From Chrysomallon squamiferum (Eukaryota > Animalia > Mollusca), in the NCBI GenBank assembly GCA_012295275.1, contig CM022675.1, forward strand, positions 620,001 to 684,000: a stretch of 64,000 nt of DNA, in the 5' to 3' direction. Shown piece by piece: positions 1 through 15,400 of the stretch (within the stretch, counting starts at the first letter, position 1; the number at the start of each line of letters is the position of its first letter). A program made the position numbers and the translations under genes. The notes beneath the pieces were generated by a model. The model saw nothing but the letters and a program-made list of their open reading frames with translations. It made no database searches and was not told the origin of the DNA.

Positions 1-487
1 AAACAATAAAAAAAAATAATAATAATAATTTTAATCAGAATACATGTTGTTACAACAAATGGAAACATTTTGGGTTTTTACCTCTGTGAGTCATTTGAAA
101 CGTGAGTTTTGTTGAAACAAAGTCAGCCATTCAACACACTTTCTTCACAAACACACACAAACACAAGAGATCAACACATTAAACATCTCATACACAGCTT
201 CACCCCACACCCCACAAACTACCAACACATTTCACTAATTTCTAAATTTCACCAAGTAACGTAAAATTATTTAACACTGGGAATAATTATTAAATTTCAT
301 TTCTTTTTTTTTTTTATTTCTGTCTTTATTAAGTGTTTTCTTTTCCTGTGTTTTAATGGAAAAAAAAACAAAAAAAACACAAATTCTTCTTCTTTGGTCT
401 TTCTGACATTAAAACGTATTCACAGAAACACACATCATTTTATATAACGTCATCGAACTGTCAAATCTTTCTGTAGTCCACAAAACT

Positions 488-800
488 TCAGTGCTTCTTT
501 GATTTTTTTATTCCTTTCTTTACTTTAGGTTTGTATTTTATCAAGCCCGTCTTTCTTTTTGTGCTCTGCAATGAAAAAAAAGAAAGAAAAGAATGTATAA
601 ATATTTACAAAAGTGACGAAAGGAGAGAAAAAGAATTTAATATTTTAATCTGTGACAGGAAACATTAAGATAAAAACTTCGACAAATGAATAATGAAATG
701 AAAGAAATGGAAAATATCAATCAGATTTAATAAATAAAATAATAATAGAACAGCTTAAACTTCTAAACAAATGTAACTAGTTAAAAAGAGACAAGTCAGG

Positions 801-896
<96 letters not shown>

Positions 897-3631
897 GTAA
901 TGGCTGATAACTGTGTTTTTATATTTAATTTTATATAAAAGAGACAGAAGACAGAGATGATTCTATACATAAAAGAGACAGAAGACAGAGATGATTCTAT
1001 ACATAAAAGAGACAGAAGACAGAGATGAATCTATACATAAAAGAAACAGAAGACAGAGATGAATCTATACATAAAAGAGACAGAAGACAGAGATGATTCT
1101 ATACATAAAAGAAACAGAAGACAGAGATGAATCTATACATAAAAGAGACAGAAGACAGAGATGATTCTATACATAAAAGAAACAGAAGACAGAGATGATT
1201 CTATACATAAAAGAGACAGAAGACAGAGATGATTCTATACATAAAAGAGACAGAAGACAGAGATGATTCTATACATAAAAGAAACAGAAGACAGAGATGA
1301 TTCTATACATAAAAGAGACAGAAGACAGAGATGATTCTATACATAAGAGACAGAAGACAGAGATGATTCTATACATAAAAGAAACAGAAGACAGAGATGA
1401 TTCTATACATAAAAGAGACAGAAGACAGAGATGAATCTATACATAAAAGAGACAGAAGACAGAGATGAATCTATACATAAAAGAAACAGAAGACAGAGAT
1501 GATTCTATACATAAAAGAGACAGAAGACAGAGATGAATCTATACATAAGAGACAGAAGACAGAGATGATTCTATACATAAAAGAGACAGAAGACAGAGAT
1601 GATTCTATACATAAAAGAAACAGAAGACAGAGATGATTCTATACATAAAAGAGACAGAAGACAGAGATGATTCTATACATAAAAGAAACAGAAGACAGAG
1701 ATGATTCTATACATAAGAGACAGAAGACAGAGATGATTCTATACATAAAAGAGACAGAAGACAGAGATGATTCTATACATAAAAGAGACAGAAGACAGAG
1801 ATGATTCTATACATAAAAGAGACAGAAGACAGAGATGATTCTATACATAAAAGAGACATGAACACAGAGATGATTCTATACATAAGAGACAGAAGACAGA
1901 GATGAATCTATACATAAAAGAGACAGAAGACAGAGATGATTCTATACATAAAAGAGACAGAAGACAGAGATGATTCTATACATAAAGAGACATGAACACA
2001 GAGATGATTCTATACATAAGAGACAGAAGACAGAGATGAATCTATACATAAAAGAGACAGAAGACAGAGATGATTCTATACATAAAAGAGACAGAAGACA
2101 GAGATGATTCTATACATAAAAGAGACAGAAGACAGAGATGATTCTATATATAAAAGAGACATGCACACAGAGATGATTCTATACATAAAAGAGACATGCA
2201 CACAGAGATGATTCTCAGACTGGTAACAGATCCGAGACAGAACCTTTTTATACTTTTTCCGTGGCGACTTTTTGAAAGGTTTCTTCGGTTTTTTGATGGT
2301 TTCGCGGTTCTCTGGTTTCAGCACGCGGTAGATTCGAACCAGCCAGTGTTCTGTGGTGTAAGCCTCTTCCAAGTGTTCCAGCTCAAATTCCTTGTTTCCT
2401 ATTTCCACTCCTCGAGTTCTGTCGAATCCTGAAGGAGTCCGGAAATCCAGCTGAAATTGTGTGTGTTTGTATGTTACTCACGATCTAGTTAAATTGTTAG
2501 TTTAAAAATAGGTGTGTGTGTGTGTTTGTATGTTACTGCCGGTTTAGTTAAATTGTAAGTTTAAAAATAGGTGTGTGTATGTGTGTGTGTTTGTATGTTA
2601 CTGCCGGTTTAGTTAAATTAATAAAATATACTGATTATGAAGATTAGCATGTGCACTTCAGAATTATATGCTAATTATAATTATTTAAAATAACAACAGC
2701 TGTAGGAGAAGTAGTAATTGTAGTAGTTGTTGTAGTGATAGCAGCAGCAGTTGTAGTGATAGTGATAATAGTAGCAGTAGTAAAAGTAGCAGATGTATAA
2801 CGGTGGTGGTAGTAGTAGTTGTTGTAGTTGTAGCTGTATTATCAGCAGTACTAATAGTTCTAGTATTAGTATTAGTATCAGCACTAGTAGTAACAGTAGT
2901 AGTGGTAGTTGTAGTAATAGTAGTAGTGGTAGTTGTAGTAACAGTAGTAGTGGTAGTTGTAGTAACAGTAGTAGTAGCAGCAACTGGTAACCAATGAACT
3001 GCTTGTTTTGCCTGCATGTTAAAATTAAACATATGATTTTTACCTGCAAGTTTAATCAAAGTACATATTTACCTGTAAAAATGAATAATAAAAGTAAATT
3101 TTTACCTGTAACTGTCCAAAGCGGAAGTAAGACAGTTTGTACATCAGACAGTTAAGTAGAGTTCTAGACCCACCCGCATCCACCCTGAACTCCCCCTGTG
3201 GTGTGAAATAGTCACTCTCCTGAAAAAAAAAAAAAACATTTGATATTTTATATTAACATTTACTCAAAGAAAACATAAAACGTAAAATACAAAATATTTT
3301 ATTTTAAGCTGGTAATAATTTTTAATTTGTAGTAAATAAAAATCTATCTGTATTAAATTAAACAGAAGAAAATCTATTAAATTTAACAAAAAATAATAAA
3401 AAAATATATTTAAATGAGAAGTAATAAACTAATAAAAACATGAAATATAATTATTCTGATTTTTCATTTTAAACTTATATTTTAAATATTAACTGACAAA
3501 AATATAAAAAATAAATATATATATATATATATAGTTTTTAAATATCAAAACTAATGAACACATAAAATATAAAAACAAATCCTGATTTTTCATTTTCAGC
3601 ATTTAATCATCTTTAATTTGTTATTTATATA

Positions 3632-3662
<31 letters not shown>

Positions 3663-3983
3663 TATGTTTTAACAAAGAAAATATGAAGATTAAATAGAAG
3701 ACAAAAAGATATCTCTGAATTAATTATTATTATTAAAAATAAAAAAAAAAAAAAAAAAAAAATACTAACTCGAATGTCTTTGGGATGTTCCCCTTCAGCG
3801 ATTCTGACCATCCACAAAAACTTGTTGATGTCGTCTCCGGAGTAGCCGATGACACCACCAAAAATAACGAGGACGTAGTCGACATCCAGCGACTGCATTA
3901 TCTCATACGCTGCACTCTCGTTTGACGACATCGCCTTGCCAACCTGAACACGACAAACACAACTTAGACATAGCTAAATACAG

Positions 3984-4060
<77 letters not shown>

Positions 4061-4473
4061 TAAACATTAACATATATAGATATATTCATGAACACATTTA
4101 TATACAGACTTATATACACATTACTGCAATATAAAAATATAATCTAATAAATGGAACTCTACATTTAAAAAAGCCTAACAAAATATAAAGAAACTGTTAA
4201 TTGTGATTAAATATTAAAATTGTCATATCATGATTGTTTCCTTTTTACATCAATATTAGACATTTTAGCAGTAGTAGTTGAAACAAATAGTAGTGATGTT
4301 GTTGTCATTATTATCACATCAACATCATTATTGTTATTACCATTATTATTATCATTATTACTGTTGTTACTGTTATTATTATCATCATCGTCATTATTAT
4401 TATTATTATTATTATTAACTTTTATCATTACCACTGTTATTATCATTGTTACTGTTATTGTTATTGCTACTGA

Positions 4474-4515
<42 letters not shown>

Positions 4516-7500
4516 CAGTTACTGTTATTGTTATTGCTACTGATATTATTAGTTACTGTTGTTTGTTATTGCTACTGATATTATTATTATTATTACTGTT
4601 GTTATTGTTATTGTTATTACTACAGTATTACAAAGGTTACCTACTAGTGCTATGTGACTGTTATTACTACAGTATTACAAAGGTTACCTACTAGTGCTAT
4701 GTGATTGTTATTACTACAGTATTACAAAGGTTACCTACTAGTGCTATGTGATTGTTATTACTACAGTATTACAAAGGTTACCCACTAGTGCTATGTGACT
4801 GTTATTACTACAGTATTACAAAGGTTACCTACTAGTGCTATGTGATTGTTATTACTACAGTATTACAAAGGTTACCTACTAGTGCTATGTGACTGTTATA
4901 ACTGTTATTACTACAGTATTACAAAGGTTACCTACTAGTGCTATGTGATTGTTATTACTACAGTATTACAAAGGTTACCTACTAGTGCTATGTGATTGTT
5001 ATTACTACAGTATTACAAAGGTTACCTACTAGTGCTATGTGATTGTTATTACTACAGTATTACAAAGGTTACCTACTAGTGCTATGTGACTGTTATAACT
5101 GTTATTACTACAGTATTACAAAGGTTACCTACTAGTGCTATGTGACTGTTATAACTGTTATTACTACAGTATTACAAAGGTTACCTACTAGTGCTATGTG
5201 ACTGTTATTACTACAGTATTACAAAGGTTACCTACTACTAGTGACTGTTATTATTACAAAGGTTACCTACTAGTGCTGTGACTGACTTACAAAGGTTACC
5301 TATAACTATTACAAAGGTTACCTACTAGTGCTATGTGACTGTTATTACTAAATGTGACTGTTATTACTACAGTATTACAAAGGTTACCTACTAGTGCTAT
5401 GTGACTGTTATAACTGTTATTACTACAATATTACAAAGGTTACCTACTAGTGCTATGTGACTGTTATTCCACGTGTTGTTGTCTACAAGGGTGGTGCGGT
5501 TGCCCATGCCTGCTATCTGGTAGCCATAGTCCCACCAGGACATGACGCGAGCATCGTCATCAGTGTTCTGTCGCAGCCAGTAGTAAGCTTCTCGGAAATC
5601 ATCCAGAATCTGACGGCTTCTGAACAATTACAATTTTAATTTGTTTTATATAAAATACTAAACTTGAAAATCCCTTCTTTGTTGTGTTTTTTTTTTTTAA
5701 CCTATTTCTATAAATGATTTAAATCAATAGGACTTTTTTTGTTATTTTTTTTTTTTTTAATTTTTTATTTTTTTTCTCTTTACTCTTTCTTTATAATCCT
5801 GTATTTATTTTTAATATTATTATCATTATTTTTTATTTTTTATTTAAATGTTACATCATTCATAATTCATTCAAATCATTAAGGAATAATACAGTTTTCT
5901 GATACTGAAATAATCAAAACAATTCTGTGTATAGTCAGTTCAAACACAATCTTCTAACAGTGTTTTCATGGTTTTATACATTTAATCAAATCCCTTAACT
6001 GTGTTTTAAAATATCTGTGTTGCTATGACAACTCACCCCCCTGGCCCATACGAGGCGAGGACGATGCTGGGGCTGGAGTAGGCGCTGCTGGTCACCCAGG
6101 TGCAGTGAACAGCAAACAGCATCAGCAGCATCAGCATCGCTATGACGATGACACTCTTGATGTTCATGCCAAGTCCTTCTTCATCTTTCGGTTTATCATC
6201 CTTCGTCTTCTTAGTTTTACCTACCTAAAATAAAATATATATATTTTAAAAATTTTAAATTTTTTAATAAAATGAAATGTAAAATATCATAAAGGGGAGA
6301 GAACTGATGTGCTACAACAGTACATTAGTAACAGTGGTTGTTACTTTGTGTAGAAATTATCATCTGATTCTTATTTTGTTTAACTAAAATGATTTTATGA
6401 ATTAACTTTACTCTGTGTAGAAATTATCATCTGATTCTTATTTTTTTAACTAAATTGATTTTATGATTTAACTTTACTTTGCGTAGAAATTATCATCTGA
6501 TTCTTATTTTGTTAACTAAAATGATTTTATAATTTAACTTTTTCTCAACGTTTACTGTATATCTATATAGATTTAAATCTACACGTTTCTGTTTGTGTTT
6601 TTTTATTAGTGTGTATAATCATTTGTTGTTAACAAAGTATTGATTTAAAATTCTTTCACCAATTTATAATTTATTATTTATGTTAAAATTATATTTGTTA
6701 AGAATGTAATCCCAGTTTTCATACTTACTTTGTTAATGGAAACTGTGTGTGTGTGTGTGTGTGCGTGTTAGTGTGTGTGTGTGCATGCAGGTGTGTGTCT
6801 GTATGTATGTCTGTATCAAGTTTCTCATTTAACAATTACTGATAAACAAACAATCAGTTAACTTATAAAGATGGAAAGTACCAGTACAGGACATTTTAAA
6901 TTTAAAAAAGATTATAAAAATAGATTTTAAAAAATTATTAAATATTTTAAAATAAAAATGTTTAAAAATTATAAAAATATTTTAAAATAAAATTCTAAAA
7001 ATTATAAAATTATTTTTAAATAAAATTTTAAAAATTATAAAAATATTTAAAAATAATAAATATTTTAAAAAAAATATTATAAAAATGTAGTTTAAAATAA
7101 AATTATAAAAATTATAAAAAAAAAAAAAAAATATTTTCAAATAATTATTAAAATAAAATTTAAAAAATTTTTTAAAAAATCACCTTATCATACAACCGGT
7201 CGTTTTTGTTCTCCTGACTGTTTTCACAGTTTTTCTGGTTATTTTTTGGCAAGTCGTCTTTCAGGTAATTTTCAAAAGTTCGAGAAAATGCGATGGCAGC
7301 CAGCACGCAGACTATTGGGGTCAAGGTCAACATGAGACGCACCATCACTCCAGCGAAGTAGCTGGCAAATATTGCATATAGCACCACTGTAAAACAAGCA
7401 ACGTTGTTGTTTATAAACAAACAAAATTAAAAACTGTATGGTGAAAACTATAGGTGTGAGAGATTACTAAAACAAAATATAATTAATAACAAAACAGACA

Positions 7501-8028
7501 TAATTGGGTTGTTATAATAAAAAAGTAAGTAAAAGATAATGAAAACTGAAAAATAATTAATAGAAATCAAAAAATAAATAAAATATAATGAAAATAAATA
7601 AAGAAATTAAATTAAAAATAAATAAAGAAAAGAGAAGAAAAAACAAACAAATAAAAGGTAATTAAATCAAAAATAAATAAAATACAAGGTAATGAAACAA
7701 AATAATAAAATGTTTAATTATATTATCAAAATGAACATAAAACAAATTTGTAGAAATATTCATTTAGAAAGCTGCTGAACTTGCATGTCGCCAGACAGTA
7801 CAAGTTAATTTCAGTATTCAAACAATTAATTTTGCTGTGGTTTGTGTACTATGAGACTACTGGTCTACCATTACAAAACTAATAAAACAAGCTTCATCTG
7901 TTTACTCCTTCACAAGATGTCTCAGAAAATATGTAAGTAAAAATGTGTAACCACTTACTAAATACTCTCTCTCTCTCTCTGTGATTTGTGACAAATGTAA
8001 GTAAAAATGCGTAACCACTCACCAACCA

Positions 8029-8123
<95 letters not shown>

Positions 8124-11100
8124 ATTTGTGACAAATTTAAGTAAAAATGCGTAACCACTCACCAAACACTCTCTCATCGTTGATGTCTTTGATGCAGTAC
8201 CACACACCCACAGGAAATGCACAGATGAGGATGTGAAGGTCGAAGAAAAACGACACCCATGTTGTAGGCTGGTGTTCTGACACAGAGGCGATGATGGGAA
8301 TGTGAATCTTCGCGTAGCCTGTGTCCCACAGCGAGTAGAAGCGCCCACTCCACGGGGCTATGTAACCTGCAAATAAAAATATAATAATTTAACCTGCAAA
8401 TAAAAATAAAATTGTGTAACCTGCAAATAAAAATTAAATTGTGTAACCTATAAATAACATTGTGTAACCTGTAAATAACATTATATAATCTGTAAATAAA
8501 CGTAATTTTATGTAACCTGTAAATAAAAATTACAGTGTAACCAGTAAATAAAATAACATTATGTAAGCTGTAAAAAAAAATAACATTGTGTAACCTGTAA
8601 ATAAAAATAACATTGTCTAACGTGTAAATACAAATAATAAAAAGTAACCTGTAAACAAAAAATGTGCTTTAATTTACTACTCCAAACACTACTCTTAATC
8701 AGTAAAAAAAATTAAAAAATTAAAATAAAATAAAATAAATAAAAGTTATCTTAATTAATGCACTAATAACAGGCACATATCCACCACTTTGGTATAAGTT
8801 TCTTGCACAGGCCCAACCTTCATCCAAATAAATTATGTGACTGCTACAAACAGTATGTCACAAATCCTCATGATACCCACAGTTTCTAGAAAATGTTAGA
8901 AACCCCCAGTTTCTAGAAAAAATCTGTTTAGGGCCTGGTGGTTATGTGACTCTAGCTACTTAACCAGTTAAATAAAAACAATGGTATACAAGACAGCATC
9001 ACAGAGCTAGGTAACCAGGTAAGAAAAAATTGTAAAATATTTAATATGCAAATAAATAAATAAATAATGAAGTATGCAAATAAATAAATAAATGATGAAG
9101 TATGCAAATAAATAAATAAATAATGAAGAATGCAAATAAATAAATAAATGATGAAGTATGCAAATAAATAAATAAATAAAGAAGAATGCAAATAAATAAA
9201 TAAATAATGAAGTATGCAAATAAATAAATAAATAATGAAGTATGCAAATAAATAAATAAATGATGAAGTATGCAAATAAATAAATAAAAATAAATAAATA
9301 AATAATGAAGTATGCAAATAAATAAATAAATGAAATATGCAAATAAATAAATAAATAATGAAGTATGCAAATAAATAAATAAATAATAATGATGCAAATA
9401 AATAAATAAAAAAGAAAATAAATAAATAAATAATGAAGTATGCAAATAAATAAATAAATGATGAAGTATGCAAATAAATAAATAAATAATGAAGTATGCA
9501 AATAAATAAATAAATAATGAAGTATGTAAATAAATTAAAATAAACAGCCTACCTGCCCAGGTGAGTCCTATAACAGAGAGAAAAACTAAACCAGCAGCGC
9601 CACCTACTGCCATGAAGAAGATGTACTTGAAGTCTTCCTTCGTCATGAACGTCTGTAAATACTTCAGTGCTGCATAAGCATTGATTAATGCAAACACACC
9701 TGTAAAACATAAATACATACATAAACACACCTATAATATATAAATACATACACACATAAATAAATAAATACATACATACATAAATAAATAAATACATACA
9801 TACATATATATATACACACAAAAAAAAAAAAAAAAACAAACAAGCAAACAAACAAAGGAATAAATACAATAACAATAATAACCAAGAAAGATAAGCAGAC
9901 AGACAATAAACAAATAAACTGATACAGAAATAGACAGACAAACGAACAAACAGGTAGACAGATACTGACTGACAGTCATACATACATACATAAAGACAGA
10001 CAGGTCATTCCATGTACAACCAGATTTCAATAAAATGTTACACACAGGTTTCCCTGAAATAAGCTTACACGCTATACACAAAAATCTCACAATCCAGCAA
10101 AACATCAACATCCTGATATTTATAAACTTTACTCTGTTGTCTCTAAATTTCTTCATAACTTAAGTCTTAACACTCAACAGCAGAAGTGAAATCAAATTTA
10201 ACTTGGAAACGTGGGATATTTCTTCACTTTGCGGAATAAAACTTTAAATCGGAAACTGAAAATGTCTTATTACAAACCTGCGGCTGCCATGTGTTCGCTG
10301 GTTCTGATTGGCTGGAACCCGACAAACGGGATTTGCATGGACAGAATGAGACCAACTATGAAAAAACTGGAATACGCTGAAAACAGAGAAACATTTCGTT
10401 AAATACATTAAAGAGGAAAGAAATTAAAAACAATACAGATAAGAGTTAAACCTGTCAAAACTGGACCCTCACTAAACTGATACGTGTTTTGTCAAGTACT
10501 GAAACATGAAACCTCGGTAATTGTAACACCTCTCTAAAACAAATTTTTTACTTAAAGAGAGATATATGTTTCAACAAAATATTAAAAAAAAAAAATTACC
10601 ACGTAAACCATGTGAAATATAATAAATGTCAGTAATTAAATTTTAAATAAAAAGTAGCAGCTGTTGATTTTACTATGTATATTAACTGTATTTATTACTC
10701 GTTTACCTGTATATGTTACAATGTTTATATGCTATGTTTACATGTGTTAAGTTACAATATTTACCTGTGTATGTTACTAATGTTTATCTGTTACAATGTT
10801 TATCTGTGTTTCAGTGTTTGCCTGTTACTAATGTTTACCTGTTACTAATGTTTGCCTGTTACTAATGTTTACTTGTTATTAATGTTTATCTGTGTTAGTG
10901 TTTACCTGTTACTAATGTTTACCTATGTTAGTGTTTACCTGTTACTAATGTTTACTTGTGTTACAGTGTTTACTTGTTACTAATGTTTACCTGTGTATAT
11001 TCTAGTGGAGTATCTGCCCATCAACAGCAGAACAAAGACATGAAGAGGAATGAGATTTATTATGAACACATAGCCTCCCCAAGCAGACACCTGCCAAACA

Positions 11101-12346
11101 AAAAACACATTAATTTCAAATAAAATAAAACAAAGAAAAATAGATTTTTAATAAAATAGTAAACATGTTAACAGTGTCATGAGAAATAAACACATTTCAA
11201 ATATTTCTCAAAACAAATATTTAAATTATCTCACAAAAAGTAGATATTTCAGAAATTCCTCACGAAAAATAAAATTCAGATACTTTTATAAATAAAAAAA
11301 TGATCCATTTCATATATATCCATAAAGAAAGATATTTATTTTTCAAATATGTTTCATGAAAAATTTCAAAAAATTTCAAAAATTCTAGAAATCAGTAAAA
11401 AAAAAAGAAAAGAAATAACAATAAATATAAAAAAGGCTGAATTTGTTCACAACAGTAAAAGAATAATACTGTTGATTCTTGATCTCACAGTCTATTAGAG
11501 GGGAAAGCACTGATCTAGAAAATACAAATATCATAAAAGTATCTGTAAAAAAAAAATGTAGAAAAATTCAGGTTAGGTTAGGATGATAAAAAGTGTACTG
11601 CTGTGATCACAAAGTGAGATTCAGAATAACTTAACAGTACACAGAGGTAAAACTTTCAAGTGGAAAATGGTGGTAAGTTCAGATACTGTGAATGTTTTTA
11701 CCAGGTTTAGTACCAGTTTGCACAATTCCAGCAAACCACGAGGGTCAATAGTTTACAACATTTAAGTACAAGAAGTTCATAGCAAGTATATATATTATTA
11801 TGGCTGACTACATAGATACTTGTGACAATACTGAAAAATACAGAGAGTGGTAGATAACAAAACTGTAATATGTCTGTACTTACCATGTAACAAAACTATA
11901 ATATGTCTGTACTTACCATGTAAAAATATGATAAAGCTGTCCATATACCCCAGAACAACGTTCCAGTTTTTATAGCTTTTATCTGTAATTAAAAAAAATA
12001 AAAATCATATTACATAATTTCTTCTTTTTCTTTACTTAATTACAATTCAAATTGTTTTCTTATAAATTACTGTTTTCTATAATTTTAAAAAATAATTCTT
12101 TTTAAACATTTACAAAAGTTTTTATTATCACCTGTATCAAATATGTATATATAAATAAATAATTTTAAAAATGTATTTGAGTCTCACATTTAAATGATTT
12201 CAACAGTACAGTTTTGAAATAAAAAAAAAATCTATCTATATATATATATATATTCATCTATTCATCTAAAAATACATATACACAAAAGAATAAAGCACTT
12301 GCACATAACACACATAACACATACTCTGTAATACATATACACACAA

Positions 12347-12421
<75 letters not shown>

Positions 12422-15400
12422 TACATGGAAACTACAAAGTTGCATACAGTGATACACACACTAACATAAAAACTCATTGTAACACATACAAATAATTCAC
12501 AAACAATTTTCTCACATTCTTTCACCTATCTGCCCACAAACACATGCATACTCACCCATAAGAAATAAGTAAACATGAGTGCAAAAATAGCAATTCCTTC
12601 ATTATCATAACTGCCTGCTACTGAACGACTAATGTAACCAGGTACTAAAAAAAAAAAATAAAAAATAAAAATAATAAAAACAAGAAGAAGAAGAATAAGA
12701 AGAAAAAAAAGAAGAAGAAGAAAAAGAGGAGGTGAAAAGCAACCAACAATAACAACACTAAAATAATAAATATTTCTAAAAATCAACAAAGCCTAAATAT
12801 TCTCTGTAGTAATAATTACATCATGTATTCAGTTACCCTACTCCCCAGCCAAAACAAAACAAAAAAATATCTAATAGTTTTAATGACAAGTTTTTTTATT
12901 TTTTTTTTTTTATTGATGTAAAAACATTATTAGGAATAAATCTGTTAATAACACAAGTAACATTAATTAAAATTATTATCAATTAATAATGAAATTTATA
13001 ATACTATAAGGACTAAGAGGAAATATATTAATAAAATATCAGATTAAATAAATATGTTAATAACAGAATTAATAAGTTAATACATTTTTATTACTGAAGA
13101 AAAATAATAATAAACTTATTAAGAATAACTATATTAATAAAATGTAATCTTAAATGAATCTACTAATAAAGGAATACACATTTTTTAATTATTAAAGTAA
13201 GAAGGATGAAATTAAAAAATAATAAAGATATAAATTTTACCTATGGCAATAAAACAAGCTGCAAACAGGCCAGCACCAGGAGTCCAGATTTCCTTTGTAA
13301 AAAAATACACTGCTAGCGCTGTTAGACCACTGAAATAAATAAATAAATAAATAAATAAATAAACAAACAAACAAATAAACACAGATTTCCTTTGTAAAAA
13401 AATACACTGCTAGTGCTGTTAGACCACTGAAATAAATAAATAAATAAATAAATAAATTAATAAATAAATAAATAAACACAGATTTCCTTTGTAAAAAAAT
13501 ACACTGCTAGCGCTGTTAGACCACTAAAATACAAATAAATAAATAAATAAATTAATTAATAAATAAATAAACAAATAAACAAACACAGATTTCCTTTGTA
13601 AAAAAATACACTGCTAGCGCTGTTAGACCACTGAAATATATAAATAAATAAATAAATAAATAAATAAACAAACACAGATTTCCTTTGTAAAAAAATACAC
13701 TGCTAGCGCTGTTAGACCACTGAAATAAATAAATAAATAAATAATAAATAAATAAATAAACACAGATTTCCTTTGTAAAAAAATACACTGCTAGCGCTGT
13801 TAGACCACTGAAATACAAATAAACAAATAAATAAATAAACAAATAAATAAACACAGATTTCCTTTGTAAAAAAATACACTGCTAGCGCTGTTAGACCACT
13901 GAAATAAATAAATAAATAAATAAACAAACAAATAAAAAAAATAAAGCTGTTAGACCACTGAAATAAATAAATAAATAAATAAACAAACACAGATTTCCTT
14001 TGTAAAAAAATACACTGCTAGCGCTGTTAGACCACTGAAATACAAATAAATAAATAAATAAATAAACAAATAAATAAATAAATAAATAAACAATCACAGA
14101 TTTCCTTTGTAAAAAAATACACTGCTAGTGCTGTTAGACCACTGAAATAAATAAATAAATAAACAAATAAATAAATAAATAAATAAACAAACACAGATTT
14201 CCTTTGTAAAAAAATACACTGCTAGTGCTGTTAGACCAATGAAATAAATAAATAAACAAATAAACAAACAAACACAGATTTCCTTTGTAAAAAAATACAC
14301 TGCTAGCGCTGTTAGACCACTGAAATAAATAAACAAATAAATAAACAAATAAAAAAACAAATAAATAAAAAAACAAATAAACAAACACAGATTTCCTTTG
14401 TAAAAAAATGCACTGCTAGCGCTGTTAGACCATTGAAATATAAATAAATAAATAAATAAACACAGATTTCCTTTGTTAAAAAAATACACTGCCAGTGCTG
14501 TTAGACCATTGAAATATAAATAAATAAATAAATAAATAAATAATCAAAATTTCTGTCTCGCATAATTTGGTGTGAGAGAGAGAGACTTACTAATTAATAG
14601 AAAACAAAAGGAAAGTTTGTGCTTTGAAATGAAATTGAATATTCATCAGTTGTAATTACATAATTAAACTGATTTTTTCTTTCTAATATACAGCTTAATC
14701 ATCATTTATTGTTTATTCAACCATTTAATAAAAATAGCCAAAAATTATTATAAATAAAAACATTAATGTGTTCAAACTAAAATACAAATTTCAAAATACA
14801 TTATTTAAAAAAGGAGAATTAAATTTGTAAAATATACCTTAACACTGTTTTCAAAATAAAATTAAAATGTTAAAATACATTATTTAAGAAAGGAGAATTA
14901 AATTTGTAAAATATACCTACACACTGTTTTCAAAATAAAATAAAAATGCCAAAATACGTTATTTAATTTAAAAAGTAAGTATTAAATTTGTACAATATAC
15001 CGTATCGTTAAATGATTAATGTTTTCAAAATAAAATAAAAACATTATTTTAAAAAAGGGGGGGTAATTAAATTAGCAAAATGTACCTAAAAATTGGAGCA
15101 AGAAACACACATATATCACGGATGTGTACGGGTATGTTGAGCTGGTTGAGCACCCAGTGAATGGAGCCTGACGTGACCATCAGTCCCGGGTACACCTGAA
15201 TAAACAGAAACAAGAGTGAATAACTGAATAACTCAAAATGAATAACTGAATAACTCAAAATGAATCACTGAATAATTACACATAATTACACTGACATGGA
15301 AATAAGCAACACATCACTGAATGGACAGACAAACAAACGAAATAAATGAATGAACATTTAATAACACTTGAAATAATTTATTAAAATGAATGATAAGCGA

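Noticed and set aside
935-2215. CRISPR-like array (34-bp repeats)
   Set aside because: Units are directly adjacent with no unique spacers, lie in a eukaryotic intron, and no cas genes are present
2681-4694. Poly-L/T/V/N ORFs
   Set aside because: Trinucleotide microsatellite artefacts inside STT3B introns
8952-9545. Long hydrophobic ORFs (FIYL repeats)
   Set aside because: Translations of (TTTA)n-based minisatellite
13330-14530. Mutually exclusive duplicated exon cluster (Dscam-like)
   Set aside because: Copies contain only 44 of 89 exon nt, are out of frame, and lack the true donor
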